Source: an uncultured Acidobacteriota bacterium (GTDB lineage: Bacteria > Actinomycetota > Acidimicrobiia > Spongiisociales > ZC4RG35). From it: a stretch of DNA of 64,000 bases. Made by a program: the position numbers and the translations under genes. The stretch is from positions 367,537-431,536 of the forward strand of contig CAVTFV010000008.1 in assembly GCA_963734115.1 (NCBI GenBank). The letters are read 5' to 3'. Shown piece by piece: positions 19,253 through 29,446 of this stretch (position 1 is its first letter; each line of letters starts with the position of its first letter). The notes below the pieces were generated by a model that saw only the letters and a list, made by a program, of their open reading frames with translations, was not told where the DNA came from and searched no databases.

Positions 19253-19633
19253 CTAGCCCTCGATATCGAAGACGATCGATTTTGGCTTCTCCCCGAAATC
19301 GATGACACCGGCCGAGCCGTCGTCCGGGCGCTCGATCACCAATGCTCCACCGAGGTCGTTTCCGTTCACATTCACCGGCCAGCCCTCGACCCGATACAGG
19401 CCGACCGAGCCGGAGAGAGCCGTCCAAAGAACGGTCCGGTTGCCTTGGAGGATCTGCACTACCTCTTCTGCACCGTCGATCGGGCGAAGCTCCGCACCGG
19501 GACGATCGGCCGAGAAGAGTGCAGCGGTGCCAAGCGACGCCGCCGTCAGCAGGAAGACGGCCGCAACCACGGCGAGATTTCGAACCCGGAGCACCTCGAT
19601 CATTGAAGCCGGGGCCCGCCAGTCAGCGGGCAT
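19253..19633 (-). CDS. Small secreted or membrane-anchored hypothetical protein
   Basis: Hydrophobic N-terminal segment LAVVAAVFLLTAASLGTAALFS. The start is chosen at an internal ATG (19633 or 19603); the longer 209-aa ORF has an implausible basic N-terminus. Confidence 0.4.
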   Translation of the reverse strand: MPADWRAPASMIEVLRVRNLAVVAAVFLLTAASLGTAALFSADRPGAELRPIDGAEEVVQILQGNRTVLWTALSGSVGLYRVEGWPVNVNGNDLGGALVIERPDDGSAGVIDFGEKPKSIVFDIEG

Positions 19634-19635
19634 TT

Positions 19636-20010
19636 CTAGACGGTCAATTCGACTAACTGCGAAAGGACTAGTCCATAGATCAGAAAGATGGCGAGCAGGG
19701 CCACCAGCGGCCCCCAGGGCTGTGTTCGGCGGTTCGAAGCAAAGCGCGCCACTCCGAAACCGAGCACGACCCACAGGATCACGTCTAGAGGCCAGGCCAC
19801 GACCACGGAATCGCTGAAGATCCCGATCACCGCCGATACCGGGCCGCCGGCATAGAGAAGGGTGAGCCCGAGGGTCTCGCAAAGCCCGACACAGACGTCG
19901 CCATTGATCATGGTTAGCCCGGCGGCGAAGAAGACGATCCCGAAAGCAAGCAGGAAAATGGTGGACAACGCCGCGTCCCGACAGCTGATGCCTTCAGACT
20001 TGGTTGCCAC
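19636..20010 (-). CDS. Hypothetical integral membrane protein (3-4 TM helices)
   Basis: 124 aa, dominated by hydrophobic helices. Confidence 0.45.
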   Translation of the reverse strand: MATKSEGISCRDAALSTIFLLAFGIVFFAAGLTMINGDVCVGLCETLGLTLLYAGGPVSAVIGIFSDSVVVAWPLDVILWVVLGFGVARFASNRRTQPWGPLVALLAIFLIYGLVLSQLVELTV

Positions 20011-20132
20011 TGTTGCCTTCCAACCTGGTTGCTACTGCATCCTCAGATTTGCTTGCCACGCGGCCGGCGATGGTAAGCCCACGTAGAAACTGTCAATCCG
20101 GGTACCTTTTCCCGTGACCGATCGGAGGCGCG

Positions 20133-20588
20133 ATGGAACTGAGAGACATCCTTCTGGTTCTGCACATAGCCGCGGCGGGAACATGGCTAGGAGCCAACAT
20201 CGTCCAGGCCGTGGCGCCCTCGATGGCGGCAAAGCAAGGCCCGGCTGCCTCTGCCGGGTGGTTTCGGATCGCCGCGGGGCTTTCCACCCGTCTCTACATG
20301 CCTGCGGCCATTCTCCTCTTGGCCACCGGGATCTGGATGGTTCTGATCACCGAGGCCTACGGATTCGGCACCACGTTCGTGACAATCGGATTTGCCATGA
20401 TCATCATCGGCACCCTGCTCGGGATCCTCGTTTTCGAGCGTGGCTCGATCAGGGCGGCGGAAGCGCTGGATGCCGGTGATCAAACGGCGGCGACGGCCGC
20501 CAGGGGACGGTTGGCCGGGTTCGGGATCCTTGACACCGTGCTTCTGCTCTTCACAATCACGGCGATGGTGCTCCGTCTCGGAGCCTGA
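20133..20588 (+). CDS. DUF2269-like membrane protein
   Basis: 151 aa with four hydrophobic helices (LVLHIAAAGTWLGANIV...). Confidence 0.55.
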   Translation: MELRDILLVLHIAAAGTWLGANIVQAVAPSMAAKQGPAASAGWFRIAAGLSTRLYMPAAILLLATGIWMVLITEAYGFGTTFVTIGFAMIIIGTLLGILVFERGSIRAAEALDAGDQTAATAARGRLAGFGILDTVLLLFTITAMVLRLGA

Positions 20589-20599
20589 TCGGTCGGACA

Positions 20600-21860
20600 T
20601 TGAGCCGACGCGCCATCCTCATCACAGTCCTCCTCTTGATTGGCGGCTGCACGTCGGGGGGAGACGCCGGGGATGTCCTTGCAGCCGAGGGGGATGATCT
20701 CGCCGCGACGACGACCGTCCCCGGTATCCAGCTCCTGGGGAAGGTGACCGATCCAGCCGGCGTCCCGGTGCCACGGGCAACGGTGACGGTCGGAGCAGAC
20801 TCGGCCGTGACCGCGCCGGACGGCTGGTTCGACATGCTCGCCACCCCAGGCCCGGTCCAGGTCGAGAAGCCGGCGTGGGTCGGAGCGGAGTCGACCTGGG
20901 ACGGCTCCAATGCTTTCACCCAGATGGCGATCGAGCCCCGTCGGCTTCGCGCTTTGAGGGTTGGCGCCGAGGCGGCAGGGAACGACGAGAGATTCGCTGC
21001 CGCGCTGGCCCTGGCCGATGAGACCGCGATCAATGCTTTCGTCTTCGACACCAAGCAGGAAGGGGGGAAGGTCTTCTACGAGACCGGGGTCACGGAAGCC
21101 CATGAAGCGGGCGCCGTGGTGAATGTCTACGACCCGGCAGAGCGACTCGCCCAGGCGAAAGAGCACGGGCTCTACACCATCACCCGGATCGTCACCTTCG
21201 AGGACTCGTACCGGGCGGCGTTCCGGCCCGAAGAGGCATACGACGGGAAGTGGATCAACCCGACCAACACCGCGGCATGGGAATACCCGATTGCATTGGG
21301 CGTAGAGGCTTGCCAGCTCGGGTTCGACGAGGTCCAGTTCGACTACGTCAGATTCCCGTCTGAGGAGGCGGCACAGATCAGTGGCCAGCTCGAGATGACC
21401 GAAGAGGAGCGGACCACGTGTCATCGAGGGCTTCCTCCGAGCAGCCAGTGACAGGATCCATGCCGAGGGTTGCGCGGTGAGCGCCGACGTCTTCGCCATC
21501 GTCGTCTCAGCCAGTAACGATCAGGGGATCGGGCAACGACCCGAAGAGCTCACCCGCCACCTCGATGCCTTCAGCCCGATGGTCTACCCGAGCCACTACT
21601 CGCCGGGCTGGCTGGGGTTCGACGATCCCAACGAGCACCCCTACGACGTCACCTCGGACGCCATCCAGGACGCCCAGGAGCGCATCGAGCAGGGTGTCGT
21701 CCTGCGGCCCTGGCTGCAGGCGTTCTGGTGGACCAACGAGCAGATCCGGACGTCGATCCAGGCGGCCGAGGACCTCGGTGTGGGGTGGATCCTGTGGAAC
21801 GCGGTCAGCAATTTCGATCGCGCCGCCATCCCCACCGACGCCGAGCTAGCCGCTTCCTAG
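20600..21860 (+). pseudogene. Lipoprotein with glycoside-hydrolase-like TIM-barrel domain (GHL/DUF4015 family), split by a +1 frameshift between 21399 and 21448
   Basis: Lipobox LLIGGC. FVFDTKQEGGKVFYETG...DYVRFP is in frame 2, and VIEGFLRAASDRIHAEGCAVSADVF...WWTNEQ continues in frame 0. Both halves belong to the same family. Confidence 0.6.
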
Positions 21861-21966
21861 GACCCGCTCCGGCCCTTCGGGCTTCCCCCCAGAATCCCCC
21901 TCCGTCGCCTAGGGCGACACCTCACCGCTACGGGGGAAATATCGCTTCGGTCCTGGGGGAGGAAAT

Positions 21967-23682
21967 TCACTCGCTGCGGCCCGTCCTCACGTCGGGGGCA
22001 CCCATCCTGGCGGCGTCGGCCGTGTTGTCGTCGGGCTGGCCCTGCGATTCTCGTTCGGCTGCCACCCGCGCCCGATAGTGATCGATCTCCCGGGTGGAGG
22101 CTGCGTCGTCCCATCCAAGGATGGGCCCGATGATGCGGCTCGCCTCCTCGGCGGCCCGGAGGCCCCGATCACGGGTCTCGATCGAGATCCTGGTGCGACG
22201 GGTGAGGACATCGTCGAGATGAAGGGCACCCTCCTCCAGGGCGGCAAGCGCGATCTCGGCGCGCAAGTAGGGAACCTCGTCGACGAGAGGCGAACCCAAC
22301 GACGGGTCGGATTCGACCAGCGCGGCCAGGCTTCCTACCTCGGATCCGTACCGCCCGAGAAGTCGCACGGGGTCGGGAAGGCCAATCCGAGCTGGATCCT
22401 CCATCAACTCGGCCCATCCGCGGGCGCCGACCAGGGCGATCTCGTGGGTGCGGGATTCGGGCACCGACATTCCGAGATCCGCGGCGGCGGCATCGACGGC
22501 GTCGCGGGCCATGATTCGGTAGGTGGTGTACTTGCCACCGGCGATGCTGATGAGCCCGGTGGTCGAAACTGTCACCGCGTGCTCGCGGCTCAGCATGCTG
22601 GTCTCATCCGACTCGCCGGTCAGGAGAGGGCGTAGCCCGGCGTACACCCCGACGATGTCCTCCGTAGCGAGAGGGTCGGCGAGAACCGTATTCACTTTCG
22701 TCAGCAGATAATCGATGTCGTTGCTGCAGGCGGCGGGATGAGCCCGCCGCAGGTCCCAGGGCGTGTCCGTCGTGCCGAGGATCCAATGCCGGTCCCAGGG
22801 GATGACGAAGAGGACACTCTTCTCGGTGCGCAGGATCAGCCCGGTCTCGGAGCGGATGCGGTCTCGTGGGACGACGATGTGAACGCCTTTGGACGCCTTC
22901 ACATCCAGCCCGCGATCGCCTGCCATGGCCTGGATGTCGTCGCTCCAGACACCGGTGGCGTTGACCACGCTCTGACCCCTGATCCGTATGTCGCTGCCGT
23001 CTTCGAGGTCCGTCGCCTCGATCCCGGTGACGCGCCCCTCGTCGAGGGTCAGCGAGCGAGCCCTGACACTGCTGGCGAGGAGAGCACCGTGGGCGGCGGC
23101 AGTCCTCGCCAGCATCAAGGTGTGGCGGGCATCGTCGACCACCGCATCCCAGTACCTGACCGCCCCGACCATGTTGCTTCCGGCGAGTGCCGGTGCCATC
23201 TGGAGAGCGGACTTTCGACTCAGATGCGTGTGTCGGGGTAGAGGGCTATCGGCGGCCGAGGCGAACATGTCGTAGAGCAGGACTCCTGCCCCGACGTACA
23301 GACGCTCCCAGACCCGATGTTGCAGCGGATAGAGGAACGAGACTGGCTCCGCGAGATGAGGGCAGATGTGATTGAGCATCAGGTTCCTCTCAGCCAGCGC
23401 CTCACGCACGAGTGAGAAATTCCGGTGCTCTAGATATCGCAGCCCCCCATGAAAGAGCTTGCTCGATCGGCTCGATGTCCCCGATGAGTAGTCACGCTGT
23501 TCGACGAGCGCCACCGAAAGACCACGTGAGGCGGCGTCGAGGGCGATCCCGCACCCGGTGACCCCGCCTCCGATGACAACGACGTCGAAGGTCTCGTCGC
23601 CCATTAGGCGGAGATGGGCCCGGCGCTGGGCCGGATTGAGGTAGGAAAGGGCTGGTTCCGGGTTACGTACCATCGCATCCAT
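21967..23682 (-). CDS. glpD: FAD-dependent glycerol-3-phosphate dehydrogenase
   Basis: DVVVIGGGVTGCGIALDAASRGL FAD-binding motif and GGKYTTYR GlpD signature; 571 aa. The start may be one of the internal Met residues. Confidence 0.85.
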   Translation of the reverse strand: MDAMVRNPEPALSYLNPAQRRAHLRLMGDETFDVVVIGGGVTGCGIALDAASRGLSVALVEQRDYSSGTSSRSSKLFHGGLRYLEHRNFSLVREALAERNLMLNHICPHLAEPVSFLYPLQHRVWERLYVGAGVLLYDMFASAADSPLPRHTHLSRKSALQMAPALAGSNMVGAVRYWDAVVDDARHTLMLARTAAAHGALLASSVRARSLTLDEGRVTGIEATDLEDGSDIRIRGQSVVNATGVWSDDIQAMAGDRGLDVKASKGVHIVVPRDRIRSETGLILRTEKSVLFVIPWDRHWILGTTDTPWDLRRAHPAACSNDIDYLLTKVNTVLADPLATEDIVGVYAGLRPLLTGESDETSMLSREHAVTVSTTGLISIAGGKYTTYRIMARDAVDAAAADLGMSVPESRTHEIALVGARGWAELMEDPARIGLPDPVRLLGRYGSEVGSLAALVESDPSLGSPLVDEVPYLRAEIALAALEEGALHLDDVLTRRTRISIETRDRGLRAAEEASRIIGPILGWDDAASTREIDHYRARVAAERESQGQPDDNTADAARMGAPDVRTGRSE

Positions 23683-23692
23683 GAGCGGTCAG

Positions 23693-24587
23693 ATGAAGGT
23701 TGGCATACAGCTTCCCGAAGTCGAGCGCGAGGTGTCGTGGCCAGAGATGCGGGATATTGCGATCACCGCAGAGGAGGCAGGATTCGACTCGATCTGGGTC
23801 GGTGACCACCTCCTGTTCCGGGATCCTGGATCCGGTGTGCGTGGCCCCCTCGAGGCGTGGTCCGTGCTGGCCGCCCTGGGTGAGGCCACGGAGCGGGCCT
23901 TGATCGGACCTCTGGTGGCAGCCACCTCGTTCCACAATCCGGCGATGATCGCCAAGAAGGCGGCAACGGTCGACGACATCAGCGGGGGCCGGCTCGTCCT
24001 GGGCCTCGGCGCCGGCTGGAACCGAACCCGAATATGCCGCCTTTGGCTTCCCTTTCGACCAGCGGGTGGCGCGATTCGAGGAGGCATTCACGATCATTCG
24101 AACGCTGATTCGGGATGGCGCGATCGACCACGACGGCCGCTTCTACACACATCGGGACATGGAGTTGCTGCCCAGGGCGAGAGCCGATATGCCCCTCCTC
24201 ATCGGATCGAACGGCCCCCGGATGCTGAGGATCGCCGCCCCACATGTCGATCTCTGGAACAGTTGGTACACCGGTTTCGGCAACGATCCCGGGGGTCTCA
24301 CACCGCTTCTGGAGACGGTCGACGCCGCCTGCCTTGACGTCGGCCGTGACCCGGTCCAGATCGAGCGCACGGCCGCGGTGCTGGTCCAGCTCGATCGTGG
24401 TACTGGTCGGATCGCGGGCAGCGGCGAACGTCCCGACGTGACACCGATCACCGGTTCGAGGTCGGACTTGGCCGAGTCTTTGGCCCGTTTTGGTGAAGCC
24501 GGCATCACCCACGTCCAGGTCGTCCTCGACCCGATCGATGCCCGGGCGGTCACCGAGATGGGCGAGGTCCTGGCACTGCTCGGTTGA
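23693..24587 (+). pseudogene. LLM-class F420-dependent (luciferase-like) oxidoreductase, split by a +1 frameshift near 24022
   Basis: N-terminal MKVGIQLP...WVGDHLLF...LGLGAGWN is in one frame and (EPEY)AAFGFPFDQRVARFEEAF...HVQVV is in the next. One extra base lies in aaccgaaccc. Confidence 0.65.
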
Positions 24588-24617
24588 GTAGCGTCGGCCG
24601 GCGACGAAGGAGACACC

Positions 24618-25328
24618 ATGGCCAATCTGCGCATCACCCGGCTCGGGCACGGGGGAGTCCTCTATCGGTCGCCGGGCGATGTCTGGATCTGGGTCGATCG
24701 CTGGTCCGGCGCCCCCAACTTCGCCGAGGACTATCGAAATCCCGAGAAGGTCGACGTGGTCGCGCCCACTCACTGTCATTTCGACCATGTCGGGGACGAT
24801 TGCGCCGATCTGGTCGAACTGGCCGAGATCGTCGGATCCACAGTGATCGGCTCCCATGAGATGTCCGTGTGGCTCGGATCCCGGGGGATCGAGTCGATCG
24901 GGATGAACAACGGTGGGACGGTGGAGGCGTCAGGAGTCAAGTTCACGATGGTCCACGCCGACCACACCGGCGGCGCGACCCTCGGCATCGGGAGCGATCA
25001 GGTGACCCGCGACCTCGGGTGTTGGGGTTGGGTCCTGGAGTTCGAGGACGGCACAGTTGTCTACCAGTCGGGCGATACCGACCTGTTCGGTGACATGGCC
25101 CTCATCGGCGAGCGCTACAGCCCGAGCATCGGCGTGTTCCCGATTGGCGGTCATTACACGATGGGCCCACGCGACGCGGGGCGAGCGGCCGACATGTCGG
25201 GAGTGTCGACGGTCATCCCGATTCACTACGCGACGTTTCCCATCCTGGTCGGCACCCCTGACGAGCTTCGCGAGAACACCAGAGCGGAAGTGGTGGCGCT
25301 GGAGCCAGGCGAGACCTGGAGCGGATGA
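24618..25328 (+). CDS. Metal-dependent hydrolase, MBL-fold (UPF0173 family)
   Basis: HCHFDHVGD and HADHTGG metal-binding motifs; 236 aa. Confidence 0.75.
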   Translation: MANLRITRLGHGGVLYRSPGDVWIWVDRWSGAPNFAEDYRNPEKVDVVAPTHCHFDHVGDDCADLVELAEIVGSTVIGSHEMSVWLGSRGIESIGMNNGGTVEASGVKFTMVHADHTGGATLGIGSDQVTRDLGCWGWVLEFEDGTVVYQSGDTDLFGDMALIGERYSPSIGVFPIGGHYTMGPRDAGRAADMSGVSTVIPIHYATFPILVGTPDELRENTRAEVVALEPGETWSG

Positions 25329-25331
25329 CCG

Positions 25332-26174
25332 CTAGGTCCCTGCGTTGGAAGGGGCGGGAACCGGACGTCGCACCGATCTGAGGGTGAGGACGACGAAGAA
25401 GAGCACGATCGGGATCACCGCCATCGTCGCGGAGCCCGATGTGTTTGCGTGATAGCTGACAAGCAGACCCACCACCACGGACAGGACGCCGATCGCTGCT
25501 GCCGTTGCCATCATCGTCGGGACCCGCTTGACGAGCAGGGCCGCCGTCGCGGGCGGGCCGACGAGTAGCCCGAAGACCAGGAGCGTCCCCACGGTCTGGA
25601 ACGACCCGACGATGGAAATCGTGATGAGGGAGAGCAGTGCAACGTGGGCCATGCCCGGTCGCAGCCCGAAGAGCTGCGCCTTCTGCTCGTTGAACGAGAG
25701 CACCAGGAAATGGCGATAGAAGGCGATCGTCATCACCAGGACGATCACGGCAACGACGGCCAAGGCGACCAGGTCTCCGCTCGTGACGCCGAGGGCATCG
25801 CCGAACAGAATCGTTGTCAGGTTGCCGGCGAAGGAGTCGGTCCTCGATATCAGGATCACTCCGAGACCGAGCATCCCCACGAACAGGAGGCCGATCGCGG
25901 TGTCCTCCGAGAAGCCTGTCTGGCGGTGCACGAAGTTGATTCCCCCGATCATCACGATCGCGGCGAGCACCGCGCCGATCAGGACGTTGAAGTCGAAGAT
26001 GATGGCGATGGCGATGCCGGGGACGACGCCGTGGACCAGGGCATCGCCGAGGAAGGTCATCCCCCGAATTACGACCCAGGTGCCGACCACCGACAGGGCC
26101 AGCGCGGCGAGGACGCCGGCAACGAGCGCCCTCTGCTGGAAGGCGAGTTCGAAGGGCTCGGTCAGCCAGTCCAT
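25332..26174 (-). CDS. znuB: Metal (Zn/Mn) ABC transporter permease
   Basis: 280 aa polytopic membrane protein of the ZnuB/MntB/TroC type (GDALVHGVVPGIA...). Lies in a locus with an SBP, an ATPase and zur. Confidence 0.8.
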   Translation of the reverse strand: MDWLTEPFELAFQQRALVAGVLAALALSVVGTWVVIRGMTFLGDALVHGVVPGIAIAIIFDFNVLIGAVLAAIVMIGGINFVHRQTGFSEDTAIGLLFVGMLGLGVILISRTDSFAGNLTTILFGDALGVTSGDLVALAVVAVIVLVMTIAFYRHFLVLSFNEQKAQLFGLRPGMAHVALLSLITISIVGSFQTVGTLLVFGLLVGPPATAALLVKRVPTMMATAAAIGVLSVVVGLLVSYHANTSGSATMAVIPIVLFFVVLTLRSVRRPVPAPSNAGT

Positions 26175-26192
26175 ATCGTCGAAGCTACCGGG

Positions 26193-27077
26193 TCATCCCA
26201 GGGCCTCCGAGATTCGACCGGCGTTGGTCACGAGCATCTCGCGAAGTGTCTCCGCCCCCGACCCCAGGCCGCCCAGGGATTCGGTGAACAGCTCGACGAC
26301 CTCGACCTCGCCGCCAAGCTCGGCTGCCACCGCCTCGGCGAGAGAAGTCGGCTGGGTGGTCTCGGCGAAGATCGCGCTGGTACCCGAGTGCTCGATGACC
26401 TCGACCAGATCGGCGAGCTCCGCCGAGGATGGCTCGGCGAGTGTCGAGCCTCCCGGTATCACCACGCCGATTACTTCGAACCCATAGCGGTCGGCGAAGT
26501 ACCCGAACGCTTCGTGGTTGGTCACCATCTCCCGGCGATCCTCAGGCACGGGAGACAACAATTCTTCGATCTCACGATCGGTCGCCGCCATACCGGCGGC
26601 ATAGGAATCCGCCCGCTCCTGCCAACCGCCTGGATGATGCTCATCGAGGGCGGAGGCCACGGCGAGAGCAGCGTCACCGACACGCGCCGGGTCCATCCAG
26701 AAATGGGGGTCAGGGCCGCCATCCCGGAATTCGATCGGTTCGACGAGCGGAGCCACTTCGAGCACCCGCACCCCGTCGTTGGCCACCGACGCCAGCACGT
26801 CTTCCAGCCCGGCCTCGAGGCCCAGCCCGTTGGCGACCACGAGGTCGGCGCGGGCGAGGATGCTCGCCTGCTGGGACGAGGGGGAGAAGTCGTGGGCGTC
26901 GACACCGATGGGAATCAGGACCTCGACATCCCCTTCGTCACCAACCACTCCGGCGGCGACGTCGCCCAGGATCGAAGTGGTCGCCACCACGAGCAGATCG
27001 TCATCCGCTCCCGCAGTCGGGTCGCCGCACCCGGCCAGGGCAACCATGAGACACAGGACCGCTGCGAATACCCTCAT
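26193..27077 (-). CDS. znuA: Metal (Zn) ABC transporter substrate-binding lipoprotein
   Basis: Lipobox LAGCG. The TroA/ZnuA fold carries a His/Asp/Glu-rich loop. Start at MRVFAAV (27077), directly downstream of the Zur box. The long upstream extension is rejected. Confidence 0.8.
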   Translation of the reverse strand: MRVFAAVLCLMVALAGCGDPTAGADDDLLVVATTSILGDVAAGVVGDEGDVEVLIPIGVDAHDFSPSSQQASILARADLVVANGLGLEAGLEDVLASVANDGVRVLEVAPLVEPIEFRDGGPDPHFWMDPARVGDAALAVASALDEHHPGGWQERADSYAAGMAATDREIEELLSPVPEDRREMVTNHEAFGYFADRYGFEVIGVVIPGGSTLAEPSSAELADLVEVIEHSGTSAIFAETTQPTSLAEAVAAELGGEVEVVELFTESLGGLGSGAETLREMLVTNAGRISEALG

Positions 27078-27101
27078 GTTGCGGTTCTCATCCGGCGACC
27101 T

Positions 27102-27122
27102 ATAATGAGAATCATTATCATT
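27102..27122. promoter_or_regulatory. Zur box (7-1-7 palindrome TGAGAAT-C-ATTATCA) in the divergent znuA / zur-znuC intergenic region
   Basis: ATAATGAGAATCATTATCATT matches the actinobacterial Zur operator consensus (TGAnAAT-N-ATTnTCA). It is positioned between divergent promoters. Confidence 0.6.
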
Positions 27123-27146
27123 CAGCGTAGAAATGTTCGTGCCTCG

Positions 27147-27581
27147 ATGCCAATCCAGGAGCGACAGATCGAGGAAAAGCTCGCCGAGACCGGCGTTCGC
27201 TATACGAGCGGACGCCGGCACGTGGTGGCTGCGTTGGAGCGGGTGGACGGCCCCCGGTCCGCCGCTGAGCTTCATCGGGAGATGGGCGGCGAGGTACCGG
27301 TGTCATCGGTGTACAGGACACTGGCGGTCCTCGAGGAGGCAGGGGTGGTCGAGCCTCATCACGGCGCCAGGGGAATCACCAGATACGAGATGGCCGAGTG
27401 GCTGGCCGGTCATCACCATCACCTCGTTTGCATCGAGTGCGGGGCCGTCGAAGACATAGAGCTTCCAGAGCGGCTGGAGGTGGAGCTGGAACGGCTCGTC
27501 GGGCAAGTCTCGGGGCTGGCAGCCTTTTCCGCCGACGGGCACTCTCTCGAGGTCGATGGTCGTTGCGCGAGGTGCCGGTGA
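27147..27581 (+). CDS. zur: Fur-family zinc uptake regulator
   Basis: 144 aa. Fur fold with HHHHLVCIECG...C-x-x-C (CARC) metal sites. It forms only the C-terminal part of a long spurious ORF (25644..27581). Confidence 0.8.
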   Translation: MPIQERQIEEKLAETGVRYTSGRRHVVAALERVDGPRSAAELHREMGGEVPVSSVYRTLAVLEEAGVVEPHHGARGITRYEMAEWLAGHHHHLVCIECGAVEDIELPERLEVELERLVGQVSGLAAFSADGHSLEVDGRCARCR

Positions 27582-28364
27582 GACACGCGGCCGTGAGGGC
27601 GGAAGACCTCGTTCTTGCCTACGGCTCGAACGTGGCGCTGGCCGCATCGTCATTCGAGATCCCCATGGGTGGCATCACGGTGCTTGATCGGCCCCAATGG
27701 ATCAGGGAAGTCGACTCTCCTCAGTGCCATGGCCGGGTTGATCGATCCCGCCGCTGGGTCGATCGAGGTGCCCGGGTCGGGGGGTCGTGCGCAGAGGATC
27801 TCCTACGTTTTGCAAAGCACCAAGGTCAACGACACCTTGCCGGTGACAGTCAGGGAAGTGGTGACGATGGGCCGGTATGCCGGCGCCCGTCGTCTCGACG
27901 CCCAAGACCACAGCACGGTCGACGAGGCGATGGGCAGGATGGGGATCACCCACCTTGCCGATCGCCATCTTCGCGAGCTGTCGGGCGGGCAGCGTCAGAG
28001 GGTGCTGGTCGCACAGGGCCTCGCCCAGGAGCACGAGATCTTGCTCCTCGACGAGCCGCTGACGGGTCTGGATCTGACCTCGGCCCAGGCCATCGACAAC
28101 GTCATCCATGACGAGACGCAGACTGGGTGCACGATCGTCATGACCACGCACGACCTGGCCGAGGCCCAGGTCGCCGATCACGTGGTGCTTCTCTCTGGCC
28201 GTGTGGTGGCCTCGGGCACAGCCGAAGAAGTCTTGACCCTCGAGAATCTGACGGCCGCCTACGGGCCGAATCTCCTCCATGTGGAGGGAGAGAGGCTGTT
28301 CATCGACGACCCGGCCCACCGCCCCGTCGCGGGGCGGCACGATCACAGAGATCGGGCGGTTTGA
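27578..28364 (+). pseudogene. znuC: Metal ABC transporter ATP-binding protein ZnuC, split by a +1 frameshift near 27686
   Basis: GTG at 27578 overlaps the zur stop. LVLAYGSNVALAASSFEIPMGGITVL is in one frame and IGPNGSGKSTLL (Walker A)...LSGGQRQR...LLLDEP is in the next. There is an extra g in cttGatcggc. Confidence 0.65.
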
Positions 28365-28380
28365 CCGGCTAAGAGCTCAG

Positions 28381-28432
28381 CGACGGTGACGATTAGGCGT
28401 CGCTACCGACGGTGTCGATTAGGCGTCGCTAG
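28381..28432. repeat. Tandem 26-bp direct repeat (2 copies, each a small GACG...CGTC hairpin) between convergent znuC and the RRM gene; probable bidirectional terminator
   Basis: The copies are cgacggtgacgattaggcgtcgctac and cgacggtgtcgattaggcgtcgctag. Confidence 0.45.
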
Positions 28433-28689
28433 CGCCGCGGACCGCGCTCCTCGCGTGGCCTGGCCTCGTTGACCTTGAGGTTGCGGCCGTTGTAGTCGGC
28501 GCCGTCGAGCTCCTCGATGGCCTTGGCGCCGGCATCGTTCGCCATCTCGACGAACCCGAAGCCGCGGGAGCGGCCAGTCTCGCGATCGTTGATGATCGCG
28601 GCATTGTCCACTGCCCCATACTCACCGAACAGGGTCTCGAGATCGGCGGCCGTTGTCGTGAAGGGAAGGTTCCCCACGTAGATGTTCAT
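28429..28689 (-). CDS. RRM-domain RNA-binding protein (glycine/arginine-rich C-terminal tail)
   Basis: MNIYVGNLPF (RNP2) and RGFGFVEM (RNP1). The start is at 28689 with a GGGAG RBS 5 nt upstream. The longer 144-aa ORF is rejected. Confidence 0.8.
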   Translation of the reverse strand: MNIYVGNLPFTTTAADLETLFGEYGAVDNAAIINDRETGRSRGFGFVEMANDAGAKAIEELDGADYNGRNLKVNEARPREERGPRR

Positions 28690-28888
28690 GACTCCCGTCA
28701 TCCTTTCTAATTGAAGGGCCTCTTGGCAGCCCTTCGCCCATGTGTCCGGTACGACCCTGCCCTCGATCCGGTCGCAATGCTGGACGGGAAGCCAACGAGT
28801 CGCCGCCGAAGCAGCGGGCGGAACGCTAGTGGAATCCGATCGAATGTGTGACGAAATCGTCAACCCTGGCTCGGAGCGGTTTTCCGGG

Positions 28889-29398
28889 CTAGCTCTCGGA
28901 GATCGTCACCTTGTTGATGACCACTTCGGATTCGGGTCTGTCCCCGCGATCGGTCGATGTGGTGGCTATCGAGTCCACGGCATCCAGCCCCGACGTCACC
29001 TTCCCGAAGATCGTGTAGGAGTGAGGCAGACCGACGTCGCTGTGGCAAATGAAGAACTGGGAGCCGTTGGTGTTGGGCCCGGCATTGGCCATGGCCACCG
29101 TCCCCCGCGAATAGCTGCCCTGACCCTCGATCTCGTCTCTGAACTTGTAGCCCGGGCCACCGGTGCCGGTGCCGGTCGGATCACCGCCCTGGATCATGAA
29201 GTTCTCGATGACCCGATGAAAGATGACGCCGTCGTAGTACCCGTCGCGGGCCAGGAAGACAAAGTTGTTGACGGTCTGCGGTGAGCGAGAAGGGTCGAGC
29301 TCGATGACGATCTCGCCATGATTGGTGTCGAGCGTCGCGGTATAGCCCTTGTCCAGATCGATGGTGAGCTCGGGGGGTGAAGGGTATTGGTTGGCCAC
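28889..29398 (-). CDS. ppiB: Peptidyl-prolyl cis-trans isomerase, cyclophilin type
   Basis: FHRVIENFMIQGGD, GSQFFI and other cyclophilin signature motifs; 169 aa. Confidence 0.9.
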   Translation of the reverse strand: MANQYPSPPELTIDLDKGYTATLDTNHGEIVIELDPSRSPQTVNNFVFLARDGYYDGVIFHRVIENFMIQGGDPTGTGTGGPGYKFRDEIEGQGSYSRGTVAMANAGPNTNGSQFFICHSDVGLPHSYTIFGKVTSGLDAVDSIATTSTDRGDRPESEVVINKVTISES

Positions 29399-29446
29399 GT
29401 GGCCTCTCTTTCGTAGAACGTATGACGTCGAACGGAGAACGCCGCT

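Noticed and set aside
25644-27581. 645-aa plus-strand ORF
   Set aside because: Only the last 144 codons (27147-27581) encode a Fur-family regulator (zur). The upstream part is antisense to znuB and znuA and is a stop-free high-GC frame.
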